A stretch of DNA of 63,373 nt, filler included, from Licmophora abbreviata (Eukaryota), in NCBI GenBank assembly GCA_900291995.1. It is 11 parts of 11 records of this genome, joined end to end, with 100 filler letters (N's around TTAATTAATTAA, not from the genome) between each part and the next. Parts side by side here need not be neighbours in the genome. Positions count along the whole stretch, not along the records: positions 19,506 to 25,934 come from OLMU01005408.1; positions 26,035 to 32,806 come from OLMU01005409.1; positions 32,907 to 38,797 come from OLMU01005410.1; 8 more parts are not named here. One strand, 5' to 3'. A program made the translations under genes and the position numbers. Below, piece after piece: positions 21,667 through 33,173 of this stretch. Each line of letters begins with the position of its first letter. Within the stretch, counting starts at the first letter, position 1. The notes under the pieces were generated by a model. The model did no database searches and had not been told where the DNA came from. It worked only from the letters and a program-made list of their open reading frames with translations.

Positions 21667-23845
21667 ATGGTCCTAAGAATTGCTGCAGGAGCGGCTCGGA
21701 GAAGTGCGAACTCAAGACTTCTGCACTCTCTAGGTGTTGCGACACCTTTGGCGATTATCGGCGTGAAGGCATGGAGCGAACAGAATAGCGTTACAAGATT
21801 GGAGAGTCTGCAATTTGCGAAGCAGCCCACATCGTTGATTGTCCCGACGCTAGAGGCAGCAGGTCGTGCCTTCCGCTTGATCCGTACAGCAGTCTTGATT
21901 GTCTACGACTATGAAGTGAGTAGGCTTCTCCCGGCTCGAACCAAGCAGAACAGTCAGCACAAGGAACTGGAACAGCAACGGGAGGAATGTCAAGCTGAAC
22001 TGAGAAAAGCGCAGATTGAATATACATCTGACAACGATGAGCTCGCCCGGCGCTCGACTAAGCGCTATACTGACGAGGTGCGTTTGCCTACCGTACTGTT
22101 ATTAGCATCCCGTCCTTATCGCATCGACACAACGCTCGCCCTTCTTCTCACGACGTTCCCAACCCACTCCGTAGAAGCTACACCAAAAGAAAGCAGTCCA
22201 TGATGCTGCCGAGAAACTCGCCGGAATTGAGGAGCAAATGGAGGTATCTGGGGAGAACGAAGTGCATCGACGTGCTGCCAACCGGCTTCTCCAGCTGTGT
22301 CGAGACAATGGTGGCGTGTACGTCAAAGTCGGACAGCATTTGGCCAATCTCGACTACTTGATACCGCCCGAGTATATCGACGTCTTATCCACCTTGTTCG
22401 ACTCAGCGCCATTGACTGGTAAGCATAGAACGCCATCATGGCGGTGTTATTTTGCCTAGGGGCATCTCATCAACGAGCTTGCATCGTACTCTCGCACAGC
22501 ATATTCGGATGTCTGCGACGTGATCCAAGAAGACCTGGGAAAGCATCCGGATGAACTCTTCTCTTCATTTGAGGAAATACCCATTGCGTCAGCTTCACTT
22601 GCACAGGTCCATATCGCCCATGAAAAGGGCACCGGCCGAAAACTGGCCGTAAAGGTGCAACATCGCGGCCTACGCGAAACGTCGTCAGGGGACATCTTTG
22701 CCCTCACTACGTTGGTTGAAATACTCGACTCACTCTTTACGGACTTTACTTGGCGATGGATATCGGATGAGATTGCTCCTCAACTTCCCAAGGAACTCGA
22801 TTTTGTGAATGAAGGGAACAATGCCGAAAGGGCTGCTTCTGCGATTGCGGCGGCTGGGGTTGACTGTGTGGTTCCAAAGATTGTATGGAACAACACGTCC
22901 AGCCGTGTGCTGTGCATGGAATTCGAAGAAGGTTTTAAAGTCACAGATATGAAGGCAATCGAAGACGCTAGACTGCGGAAAAAGTAAGGCTTGGAGTTGT
23001 AACACACGGATGTACTCGCGGTGCCATCTGACACAATTCATCGGTCCTTGTTTGCAAAGAGATATTGCGAAGCTTGTGGCATCAGTCTTCAATTCACAGG
23101 TTTTTATGTCGGCTTTTGTTCACTGTGATCCTCATCCTGCCAATGTGCTTATCCGAAAGAAGAGAAACGGGAAACCGCAGATTGTCCTCGTTGATCACGG
23201 CCTTTACAAGGAGCTCGATGACGCCTTTCGTGTTCGATACGCCAATCTATGGCAGTCACTGATGTTGGCGGACTTGCCTGCTATCAAATCTGCGTGCGAA
23301 TCCCTTGGAGTGAATGAAATGGTGAGTGCAAGACCTGTCGCACGACGTAGTGATCTAGGCGCGTTGCGGATACTAACGATCGCATGATTTCGCACCTCCG
23401 AATGCAGTACACATTGTTCACCGCAATGCTTACATCACGTCCGTTTGACGAAATCATCGAGAGATCCAAGACTGGATCTCTCGCTGCAAACTTTAACCCA
23501 GATAGCAAGTCAGATCGTGCCATGATCCAGGGCTACGCCCAGCATTTCTTGCAGGATATCTTTGAGATGCTGGGGAGATTGCCACGACAAATGCTACTTC
23601 TGCTTAAAATGAATGATTGTCTGAGACACATCGATTATACACTTGGCTCTCCGACAAACACGCTGGTGATCGCAGGACAGTATGCTGCACGAGCTGTGTA
23701 CGAACATCGAATGCAGAATGCAGGCAATTCATTCATCGGTCGTTTCAAGGCGTGGCTGGATTTCTACCAAGTGATGATTAGGATTCGTGTGCACGACCTT
23801 GCCGAATGGTGGACGCACACTATATCGAAGCTGCCTGACAGCTAG
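21667..23845 (+). CDS. ADCK1: ABC1/UbiB atypical kinase, ADCK1-like (exons ~21667-22077, 22175-22418, 22500-22983, 23060-23321, 23408-23845)
   Basis: Motifs NGGVYVKVGQH (KxGQ), ASASLAQVH, AVKVQH, KELDF..EG.N, HCDPHPAN, LVDHG. Confidence 0.9.
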
Positions 23846-23940
23846 CTGCTGTTAGGGAAAGTGTCGTTCAAGTACAGGGACGAAAGAGGTACAGTGTCAA
23901 GCGATTTTTAATAGACATATCAATCAATGTCCAGCTGTGT

Positions 23941-24912
23941 CTATAGGTGAAAGTCTCCTGCTTTCTTACGTTTTGCTTTTAGGAGAGCATACTGTGCTTG
24001 TATTTTTATTCGCATCTTTTCCATCGCCTTCTTCTCGGCCTCGACGGCGGCATCACTCAGCCCAGTTGACTTAGAGTTCATCGCGCCGCTTAGGGTCTTG
24101 GTTACTCCGCGCGGAAGTTGTAAGAATGTAGGAGGTCGCTCTACTTGATCTCCAAACCCTACTCTCTGCGCCGCCTGCTCTCCGGTGATGAATGTGTCTG
24201 TGGCATCATGATCGCTGGCCCGGCTGCTTCTGTAATCATTGTCGTCGTCGCTTCTAGCTTCATTATTGGTTTGTCGCTTTTGCTTTTTCCGCTTCTTGTT
24301 GGAGAGGAAATCTTTCTTTCGTCGTCGCTTTTCTGGATTTTGACGTTCGAGTCTATCTTTTCGAATTATCTTTTGTGTAGCAGTCTTTAGTCGGCGCTGA
24401 TGGGCCTTGTGGCTCTCCCCTGGCAGTCGCACCAGATCTAAAGAGGCAGCCGGTTTGGTAGTGGCTTCTTTCTGTTCGTCCATCTTGAGCAATCGAGCGA
24501 CCCGCGTTTCTTCCTCCAAGAGGTCCCAATGCACTGGCAGGGTAGAATCAGTCTGAATTTGAGAGCCAACTTTGAGAGATGCTTCGCTGTCTGTTTTGGA
24601 CATCAGTGTTTCCTCGATAAGTTCATTGATTGGAGCCCGCTGCTTCTTGATCTGCAACAGATCGTTGAGGTCAAAGTCATCTCCTCCAGTCGGAGCTAGA
24701 TCGAAAGCATCTTGAACCTTATTCAAAGTGGTGCTATCCCGACTTCGCTTACGTTTCTTGTCTTTCAGCGCCGTAGCTGTAGCGCTGCGCTTCTTTTTCC
24801 GACGACCATTGTCACCAAAACCCCAGACTCCAGTCATTGACTGCTGGCCACCATTCTGCTTGGAAAAGGGATCGCAAGCCTTGATCTTTTTGTATTTCGA
24901 CACTCGCCCCAT
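23941..24912 (-). CDS. Lys/Arg-rich coiled-coil protein, possibly nucleolar (CCDC137-like)
   Basis: ATG ORF of 323 aa with KKIKACDPF at the N-terminus, V.FGDQVERPP, and several basic NLS-like clusters. Confidence 0.65.
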   Translation of the reverse strand: MGRVSKYKKIKACDPFSKQNGGQQSMTGVWGFGDNGRRKKKRSATATALKDKKRKRSRDSTTLNKVQDAFDLAPTGGDDFDLNDLLQIKKQRAPINELIEETLMSKTDSEASLKVGSQIQTDSTLPVHWDLLEEETRVARLLKMDEQKEATTKPAASLDLVRLPGESHKAHQRRLKTATQKIIRKDRLERQNPEKRRRKKDFLSNKKRKKQKRQTNNEARSDDDNDYRSSRASDHDATDTFITGEQAAQRVGFGDQVERPPTFLQLPRGVTKTLSGAMNSKSTGLSDAAVEAEKKAMEKMRIKIQAQYALLKAKRKKAGDFHL

Positions 24913-25498
24913 GCTAGACGAGGAGGAGACACGTGTGAAGTTGAGCGACCTTTCTTTTAGAGTTCAAGTCGAGACTCGAGTCGCCATGTTTTGTTGGTCA
25001 GCAATCGGCAATCACAGCGCGCGCAACGTGTTCCGTCTTTCACGTCACAGTATTTCATTGGTTCTCGGCGTCTGAACGGCTCGTACGTCGTCAGTCTCAA
25101 GTCCAGCGATAATCCAACGCATGTGGAACTTTTGACATGACAGAGTACTATATCACCGCGTAGCTTCTACCTGTGAGTAGTACCATGGGCTACAAGGGGT
25201 GACGCACGGACTGCGGGAGCTGATCGCACTTTCGGCGAACAATGTCGAGCCCGTCAAACTCTTTTGCGAGGCAAAGCATGTGATGCATCACCTCGATCAA
25301 GGCAAGGCTGTCATTACGACTTGTTGTTTGTCGTGCAACGGTTAGCGTTGCTATACCTTGGCAGCGCTCTTCTGATCTGGGCGTTCCGCGACGTGAGTTG
25401 GTTGGCGTAGTCTGTCATAGGCCAAATTAGACTGACCTTCAATCTTTCTCAAACTCTCAAGATACGCCGAAGTATCCAAACCTCGGAAAGCTGAAACC

Positions 25499-26722
25499 AT
25501 GGCGAAAAAGAAGAAGGGAGGAAAGAAGAAGAAGTCCCACATACCCGATCAAACACCTGTGGATGTCACCAAGACTGATAAAGCTCCAGCCAACATGACA
25601 AGCCCTGACATGGCGGCAAGCGTCGGCGACACTGCGGCTGAATCGGAAGGCACTCAGCCAGACACCGGAACGAAGCCAGTGGAAGCATCACCGCCAGTCG
25701 AAGCACGTAGCGAAGACCCCGTTGCAACTGACGATGATAAAGGAAAGGAAGAAAACGTTGTCGAAGTGAGCGATGTTACTTCTGCCGACCCAGCAAACAT
25801 GGCCGACGTTCCTCCTGAACTTGAAAAGGCTGTCGAGCCTTACACCACCCCAGCGGAGTCACCGCCACCAGATCCAGTAGAGTTTCTAAATGGATCAACC
25901 GTGGAAGCTAGTCCCGAGAAATGGACTGTCGATGNNNNNNNNNNNNNNNNNNNNNNNNNNNNNNNNNNNNNNNNNNNNTTAATTAATTAANNNNNNNNNN
26001 NNNNNNNNNNNNNNNNNNNNNNNNNNNNNNNNNNATACCGAAGAGGCATCGGCCGGGACCGTCGGAGAATCAAAGGCGGCGAAGGCAATAGATACATCGA
26101 TTGACGACATGCAAGTTGATGACACAGTTGAAGACACTGTCGAAAGAGAGAAGGATGACATCGAGAAAGCAAGAGAGACGATCGCTGATAAGGAGGAGGC
26201 CACGGCGGCATCGGCCGTTGAGGAGTCTATACAGGAAGCACCGAATGATATTGCGGAAGAGGCAATTGCTGAGAAGAGCGCGGTAGCTCTAAGCAACGAT
26301 ACCAATTCAGCGCCTCCAGACGAAGAAGTACCTGAAGCTTTGCTCGATGCAGTCGAGGAGAAAGAGAAAGCAGAAGGGAAGGACCTGCGAACGAGATCAC
26401 TTCGAAGCCAGTTGACACTGCGGTACAGCCCGAGGCTGTTCCAGAGAAAAGAAATTCTATTAGCGAGGGTCAAAGTGCGACTGAAGCACCGATGGCGGAG
26501 TCAACTGATACACGAAAGGCGGAGTCAGCCCCCGATGGTCCCGGCCAGTTCTTCTCGCTGGAAGAGCTAAAACGAGGCCTCGAGGGAATCGATTGGTCGA
26601 GGCGTGAACTGTATTTGTCCCCGTCTGACTTTGAAAAGGTCTTCAATATGACCAAAGAGGACTTCAGCAAACTTAAGCTATGGAAGCGTCAATCTGCCAA
26701 GAAGAGAGTTGGACTTTTCTAA
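25499..26722 (+). CDS. Acidic low-complexity protein with C-terminal villin headpiece domain (gap 25935-26034; frame switch near 26336-26429)
   Basis: The C-terminus RRELYLSPSDFEKVFNMTKEDFSKLKLWKRQSAKKRVGLF is a classic headpiece; the upstream sequence is E/D/A/P-rich. Confidence 0.75.
25935..26034. other. Scaffold gap spacer
   Basis: N44-TTAATTAATTAA-N44. Confidence 0.98.
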
Positions 26723-27075
26723 TCGACTTCTCCACGCGAGTCACAATGCTATCTTGATGATATTTAAAAGTTATCTGAAACTCCATTGGACAAAATGAGG
26801 CTACAGTAAGTCGTATTCCCCTTCTAAAGGCTCATGTTAAGACCAATAAAATATGCTAATACTGCGACTGCATGTGATCTTGTAGATAACCGACAGACTT
26901 AGGCCTTATGGCATCGTCCGTCATAGTTTGTGAGCGTTCTCGTCGAAGGTGGAATGGAATGTGGAATTTTTTCAATTCTCATCGGAGCAGCGGGTCATAT
27001 GTCTCGGCGAGAAGGCCCCACACAAGCAGAAAAGACACCTATGATACAAGACACAGCCCCACTGCCATTTCGACC

Positions 27076-30000
27076 ATGGCGACACGTGACGGCTCCGATT
27101 CGGACTCCTTGTCCTCTTCTTCTTCGTCGGATGACGAGTTTCTAACCATAAAAGATGGCAATGGAGCTGGAAGCGAGGATCGAGAGGCCCTTGTTCGCAA
27201 GAAACTTCTCGAAAGCTTCTACGGCGCCGCTGCAGTCCAACAGCAAGAAGAAGAAGCCCCTCACGCGGCACGACAGTCGGAATTGGCGGACGATGCCGCT
27301 GAAATCAACAACTCCCAGGATGGCGACGACGATGGTACGAATGAAGACGAGCAGCGAATTCAAGGAGCGGCCAAAGATCTTGATTCTCCATACTTTGCCC
27401 ACGGCGGGTTTGTCCGCGAGCACGTCGTTGGGTCATCAATACACAACTTGCTTGAAACCGAAGAACGATTGGCACTGCAGGTACGGACTCTGGACTCGAC
27501 GATGCAAACGCTCGTCTACGAAAACTATTCCAAATTCATCGACGCCACGGACGCCATCAAGAGCATCGGCGTATCTTGTAGCGCTAACGAAGACGGACTT
27601 GCTAGTCTAAGTCGCGGTATGCAGACCATCGACGAACGGTCTCGGGATGTGGAAGATGCTCTGGGGTCACTCCGCGATGCCGTTGCTGAGAAGCTCAGAG
27701 TCAAGCGACTGCTCAGTCGTCTAGACGCGCTTCTCAAGCTACCCAGTACGCTCCGGCATCAGATTGAGGCTGGCAAGTTTCGTCTAGCCACCAAGAGCTA
27801 CGTGGCTGCACACTCGATTCTTAGCAAGCACTCTATGGGATTCGAAAGTCTCAAGACCATTGAAGCAGAATGCAATACTATATTGACGGAAATGGTTCTT
27901 GAATTGAAACGCAAGTTGACGCACTGGAGTAGAAGGATGACATTGCTCAACTCAGAAGAGGACGAAGCGACGGATGACTGGGTAGCACCACCGGAACCCC
28001 CAGAGACCATGTCGGAAATTTTCGAGGCGGCTGGAACTCTTTTAATCGACTTTCCTGGCAGGAAAGCTGAAGATCATCAAGTCTCCTTCGACTCGGGTCT
28101 CTCTCCGGACGATGTCAAGTCCATGGCACTGTCTGCCGCACATCGACTCTTGGATCGAATACTCGATGCTCACCAGATCGAGCTTCAGGGATCCATGTTC
28201 TCCACGTCTACGTTTGAAGAAGATACATATGAAGCAAAACTGAGTAAGATTCATCAAGTCTCAACCGAACCCGACGCGTCGCTACTACCCAAGGGCAACA
28301 AGTTTGTACCGACTGCGTTCCTTGACAATGTGCTGGAGGCGGCTACGCTGTTTGGAATTAGTTTTGGCGGCGGCGCCTCTCCTTGCCTCGACGCCTCTGA
28401 CAAGTTGATCCTAGTCGACTTTGTATCCTTCGCGTTTTCATCATTTCTCGGTCACGTTCGTACTATATTATTGGAGCAGCAAGCCATTCAAGCGGACAGA
28501 AGTCTTTGTGAAGCTACAGTTGAAGAAGATGACGAGGAATATGATGACGGGGATGTGGCATACGGCGAGATCTCTGGAGCGATGACTTACTTACTTCGCT
28601 CAGTGAGAGATGTAGCTTCCGGATTGGCGCTGCCTGAAGTCGGAATTGATGTAGAATTCGCGTCGAGTTTGGTCGACCGAGCGATCGAGGTTACCGAGGC
28701 AATGGTTCGACGACGTGTCAGTCAGAAGTTCTACAGCCTTCGCTTGCGGGTCGTTGAAGAATGTCTCGGCCCGTTTGCCAAGGAAGCGATGTCATACTCC
28801 GCTGAGAACGAAGTAAGGGTCACACAGATTGTGCAGATGGCTAGCGTGGCGTTGTCGGACGGTATGCAAATGGTTGACGATACTATTCGAAGCGTTTTAA
28901 TGGGTGGTGTTGTTATTTCCTCCGCCAAGGGAGTTGACTACGAAATGATCAAGGCTGCTGTTAAGGGGAGCTGCAAGCGCTTCGCTGCATGGTTGGCCTC
29001 TGCTCTAGAGCGACTGGCGGGCCTTGAATCAAATGATCCCAGGCTAACCGTGGGCACCTCTCCAAGTTCAAACGCCGAAGAAGATGATGCCACGGTGGTA
29101 TCGACGGCGGTTCCCGATTCGTTGACGGCTGCGTTGGACAACATGAGCGAGGCGTCAGATGACTTGGATGCCTCGACGGATAAGGTGGAATCTGTGTTTG
29201 GCGAGTTGGTGGTCGACCTGCACCGTGAAGCTTCGGCTACTGTGCTTGCCGACTTCACTCTTGCCATAGCTGAGATGTGTCGTCTCGCGGAACGTTCTGT
29301 AATGGAGAACATCAACCGGTCAATTCAGGCCAGTAGTCAAAGCGAAAAGAGAGCCCACAAGTCGTCTGATATTTTCCAGACAGGAGGACCGAGCACAACT
29401 GCGAATGGTTCGTCGTCGGAGCAAGACAAAGTCACGTCGGATCGGTTTCTCCTTGCTGCATCGCGTGTACTTACCATGTACGCGATGGCAAGAGGCTTCG
29501 ATGCTGCCACCGTCGCTTGCGAAGGTTTTTCTGCTTTGGCGTTGTTGGACGAGAAATCAGTCCCACTAGGACCGCGTGCTGGAATATGTCAGCTGCTGGA
29601 AATCACCAAACTGTCCTGTCTGGACTGCGCCAATGTCTTTGGAGGGGACAGGCGAGCAGATCCCGTGCCTGACTTTCTTGAGCAGGATGATTACGAGTCA
29701 GGTCGGTCGTCTGCATTCAATCGGAAATCGCTGGCCGGACACGGGCTTAGGGTCATCAAGGGATTGCAGCTGGACGTTGAGCGTATGTTTAAGGAGAAGG
29801 TCCCAATTTACCCGAACCCGTTGCGACCAGTGGAGTTCACCCGCAATGAAGTGATCACGATTCTGTTGAAGGTGGCATTACGTGCTGTTGTGGAACAGGT
29901 GCGCTCATCAAGGTTCACGGGTGGCGGGTACCGACAGCTACAGGTCGATGTAGCATTGTTGAGACACATGGTCCCACATTTCCTGGTTGATGAAATCGTC

Positions 30001-30216
30001 TCGGACGGGATGAACGGCCGCTCCAGTGTACTTGGATTGCTGGAAGACGTGGTTGATCTTGCTGGCTCTCGATGCCTAGATGAGACTTCCGCTGGTAGTG
30101 ATGCGTTCGTCGACGACCATGGACGGAGCTTGACGCCTATGATGATCGTGCGTAACTTCTTCTCGGACGAGGAAGGATACAGCCAGCGTTTCGTTGTCGA
30201 CGAAGACAACCGGTAA
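27076..30216 (+). CDS. VPS51: Vacuolar protein sorting 51 (GARP/EARP subunit)
   Basis: Vps51 N-terminal motif LDSTMQTLVYENYSKFIDATDAI and C-terminal GYRQLQVD; intronless. An alternative upstream ATG is at 26908. Confidence 0.9.
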   Translation: MATRDGSDSDSLSSSSSSDDEFLTIKDGNGAGSEDREALVRKKLLESFYGAAAVQQQEEEAPHAARQSELADDAAEINNSQDGDDDGTNEDEQRIQGAAKDLDSPYFAHGGFVREHVVGSSIHNLLETEERLALQVRTLDSTMQTLVYENYSKFIDATDAIKSIGVSCSANEDGLASLSRGMQTIDERSRDVEDALGSLRDAVAEKLRVKRLLSRLDALLKLPSTLRHQIEAGKFRLATKSYVAAHSILSKHSMGFESLKTIEAECNTILTEMVLELKRKLTHWSRRMTLLNSEEDEATDDWVAPPEPPETMSEIFEAAGTLLIDFPGRKAEDHQVSFDSGLSPDDVKSMALSAAHRLLDRILDAHQIELQGSMFSTSTFEEDTYEAKLSKIHQVSTEPDASLLPKGNKFVPTAFLDNVLEAATLFGISFGGGASPCLDASDKLILVDFVSFAFSSFLGHVRTILLEQQAIQADRSLCEATVEEDDEEYDDGDVAYGEISGAMTYLLRSVRDVASGLALPEVGIDVEFASSLVDRAIEVTEAMVRRRVSQKFYSLRLRVVEECLGPFAKEAMSYSAENEVRVTQIVQMASVALSDGMQMVDDTIRSVLMGGVVISSAKGVDYEMIKAAVKGSCKRFAAWLASALERLAGLESNDPRLTVGTSPSSNAEEDDATVVSTAVPDSLTAALDNMSEASDDLDASTDKVESVFGELVVDLHREASATVLADFTLAIAEMCRLAERSVMENINRSIQASSQSEKRAHKSSDIFQTGGPSTTANGSSSEQDKVTSDRFLLAASRVLTMYAMARGFDAATVACEGFSALALLDEKSVPLGPRAGICQLLEITKLSCLDCANVFGGDRRADPVPDFLEQDDYESGRSSAFNRKSLAGHGLRVIKGLQLDVERMFKEKVPIYPNPLRPVEFTRNEVITILLKVALRAVVEQVRSSRFTGGGYRQLQVDVALLRHMVPHFLVDEIVSDGMNGRSSVLGLLEDVVDLAGSRCLDETSAGSDAFVDDHGRSLTPMMIVRNFFSDEEGYSQRFVVDEDNR

Positions 30217-30625
30217 AGATTCTCTGACGGAAAGAGAAAAGGCAGAGTCGTCGAAGCTAGCGCTGTCCAATCTTGGCAACTTCTTTGTGCTACGATGACC
30301 GCTCATTTGCTTGCAGCGACGTGGAGGCGTGACACACAAAGTTGCAAGATACTGCTTGTACGCCATAGACTGAATGATCTAAAAGTAGAGACTACGAGCC
30401 GTGACTTGTACAATCGTGCAGACAAATTACACTACAATCGAAGAAAACACAATAAAAATGAAGCACCTCAAAGATCAAGTCCGCAATCATCACGCACGAA
30501 AACCAATCGCAAGCATACCCCAAAATCCACCACAATCGAACCAAGAGTTTCAAAACAACAATCTGAAATCGCACTACAATGCCTGTGTACGTAACTCATG
30601 CCGACAAATGCACACACGAAATATC

Positions 30626-32598
30626 TTATAGCATACCTGCGGGTTTCTCCCATTGTGTTTCTCCACTCTGTTCGTTATAGTAATAGACTTGACCGTCAGC
30701 TGAGGTTGCCGACTTCCATGCCGACGTCATTGGCGCCCGCATGGGCGGAACTCCCACATGACCATAGCCACCATACTGCTGCGCCGGTTGGTAATATTGG
30801 TACCCACCATAATGTTGCTGTGGGGCATACTGCTGGATCCCGTATCCAGCCTGCGGGCCATGGTAGCCATACGCCTGTTGTTGATTGTATCCCCCCTGTT
30901 GACCACCGTACCCGCCTTGTTGTCCACCACCTGCATATGGATGGTTAGGGCCCAGCTCAATTATCTCACGAATAATTTGTTTCGCCATTTCAATGCCTTG
31001 GCGCGATCCACGTATGGTTATCTGGCAGTCTTGACCTGCAGGAACGTCCTGGTTGATTTGAATGTCACACCCTGAGCGAGTCTGGACATCGTTGATAGTG
31101 ATTCCCTTTGAGCCAATGATTCTCCCCATGTAAGTTTTTGCAGCGGAAAAGACGTCCATTTCCGCTGGACCGGCGGCAGCAGGAGCCCCCATAAAACCAG
31201 TATTGTGAGGTGCTTGAGCGTGCTGAGTGCCGACGGGACCTTGATCATAGGCATACCCGCCCATGCGCTCGCCCTGGCTTGCGGCAGGGACTGATGCATA
31301 TCCGCTCATTCCTTGCCCTTGATTGGGCAACGCGGGGTACGGCGGTCCAGAGCCCCAAACACCCCCACGCGCTTTATCTTGCACCAACATGCCGATTGCA
31401 GCGGACGCCTCCATCAAAGGATTCGCAACGATGAACATGATCATTTCCTCGGCTTTGACGACGGTCTCACGTGTTCCCGTGATTGTCACATTACGGGAGG
31501 ATGGATCCAGTCCTGCACCACTGTGGTCAATTTGGATTCTCGCCTGCGACCTATACTGCAACGAGCGAACCATTTCACCTCCTCGTCCGATCACTTTCCC
31601 AATCGAGCTAGCAGGAATGACTAACACCTTCTGTTCCGCGTTTCCCAAAGGCAAGTTCGCGTCGGTACCTTGCTCTGAGCACAATATCTGAACTAAATAC
31701 TTGGCAAACTTCACAGCTGATCGCGTCCCTCGATAAGTTATGATTCGTGCACTGCCATGAGGAACGTTCTGGTCGACATCGATGCGACAGCTCGAGCGCG
31801 TCTGTAGATCACGCACCATATCGCCTCCTTTACCCAGTACTTTGCCGATATAGATCACTGGTACTTCTGCCTGTTCTTCGATAATTGTCTCAGGGTCAGC
31901 GACAGCAACTGTCGCGGAGTGGGCGACTCCCACCCCTTGCAAGGGAGCATCTGTCGACGACGATAATCCTGGGGCACTCGCAGCCATCGTCGCGGTTGCT
32001 CCCATTGAATTAACGCTGCCAGCATTGTCCGTCTTCTCAACCGATCCAGAGTTTCCGGTGGTCGGAACCGGTGGTGCAACTGCAACCGTCTCGCTCGCGG
32101 GATCAGTCGCGTTCTCATTGTCTCCGCCATTTTCATTCAGCGGCGGGTCGTCCTGCACCGCGCTCATTCGTTCCTCGTTTTCTGCTGGAGCATTCGTCGC
32201 CTGAGCGAGAGATACGCCTTCTGATGTCAGTTCGGCAGTCTCGTCGGTCTTGGGGTTTGCCTCCGGAGTCCCACAGTCCTGCTTCGGCTCAGGCGTCCCG
32301 CAGTCGGCGTGTTGGTCGTTTTCAATGTGATCGGCCTCATTTTCCTCTACCTCTCCTTTCTGAGGCTTATTGGGTTGCGTTCCTGTAGCAACACGAAAAA
32401 ATCAGAGCAAGTTTGAAACAGTTTCGCGCCGTTAATTCAACGATCGCTGCCAGCGACTCACTCACCTGCTTCGTTCGGATCTTTGGTATCTTCTTCAGTC
32501 TCAGAGGTTCGACTTCTCTTGGGTGGCACCTCTTCCTCTGTCGTGGCCTCGACGTCGACGGCATCAGTCCTGCGCTTGTTTCCTCTCGTGGCGGGCAT
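30626..32598 (-). CDS. KH-domain RNA-binding protein with C-terminal WW domain (exons 32598-32466, 32382-30626)
   Basis: Three KH domains (GKVLGKGG, GKVIGRGG, GRIIGSKG), a GYQ-rich region and a WW domain (WKSATSADGQVYYYN...TQWEKP). An upstream exon splices in frame via GTGAGT...CTACAG. Confidence 0.88.
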
Positions 32599-32806
32599 GG
32601 TAAAATGTCTAGGCACCCGCGACCGAATCGATCTTGTCTGTGGTTGGAGTGACGACAAGTTTACAATCAACGCGACGCGAGAGAGATTGATTCAAGATGA
32701 TAAAATGCTTGTGTGTAGCGTGTGTGGTGATGAACGCGCCATACATACGGTCTGTCAGCACGTCATCAGCGCGCGACAACACATCAAACGTCACCGATGC
32801 TCGGTG

Positions 32807-32906
32807 NNNNNNNNNNNNNNNNNNNNNNNNNNNNNNNNNNNNNNNNNNNNTTAATTAATTAANNNNNNNNNNNNNNNNNNNNNNNNNNNNNNNNNNNNNN
32901 NNNNNN
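32807..32906. other. Scaffold gap spacer
   Basis: N44-TTAATTAATTAA-N44. Confidence 0.98.
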
Positions 32907-33173
32907 GTGTCAAATAGTCTAAGTGATACAACCGGCCCTATACAGTGGATTCAATATTGAATATGCCTGTTTCAGCTTTTTGTGCAATATTTCTATAAGC
33001 TAGAGTAGATGCATTTCCATATAAAGACAAGTTATGACAAGAACTACATACACTTCGGCGCATTTGTGTTCTTCTCGTCCACATTCACTAATTCCTGTGA
33101 TCGAATACCGGTCAGTGCCAACCCCGCCATTCGATCCTTCCTTTGCTACGCAGCAAACGAAACGGTGCTGATT

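Noticed and set aside
32483..32806. Plus-strand ORF with CSVC...C.H, zinc-finger-like
   Set aside because: It has a non-ATG start and overlaps the first exon and promoter of the KH-WW gene on the opposite strand; the motif is probably fortuitous.
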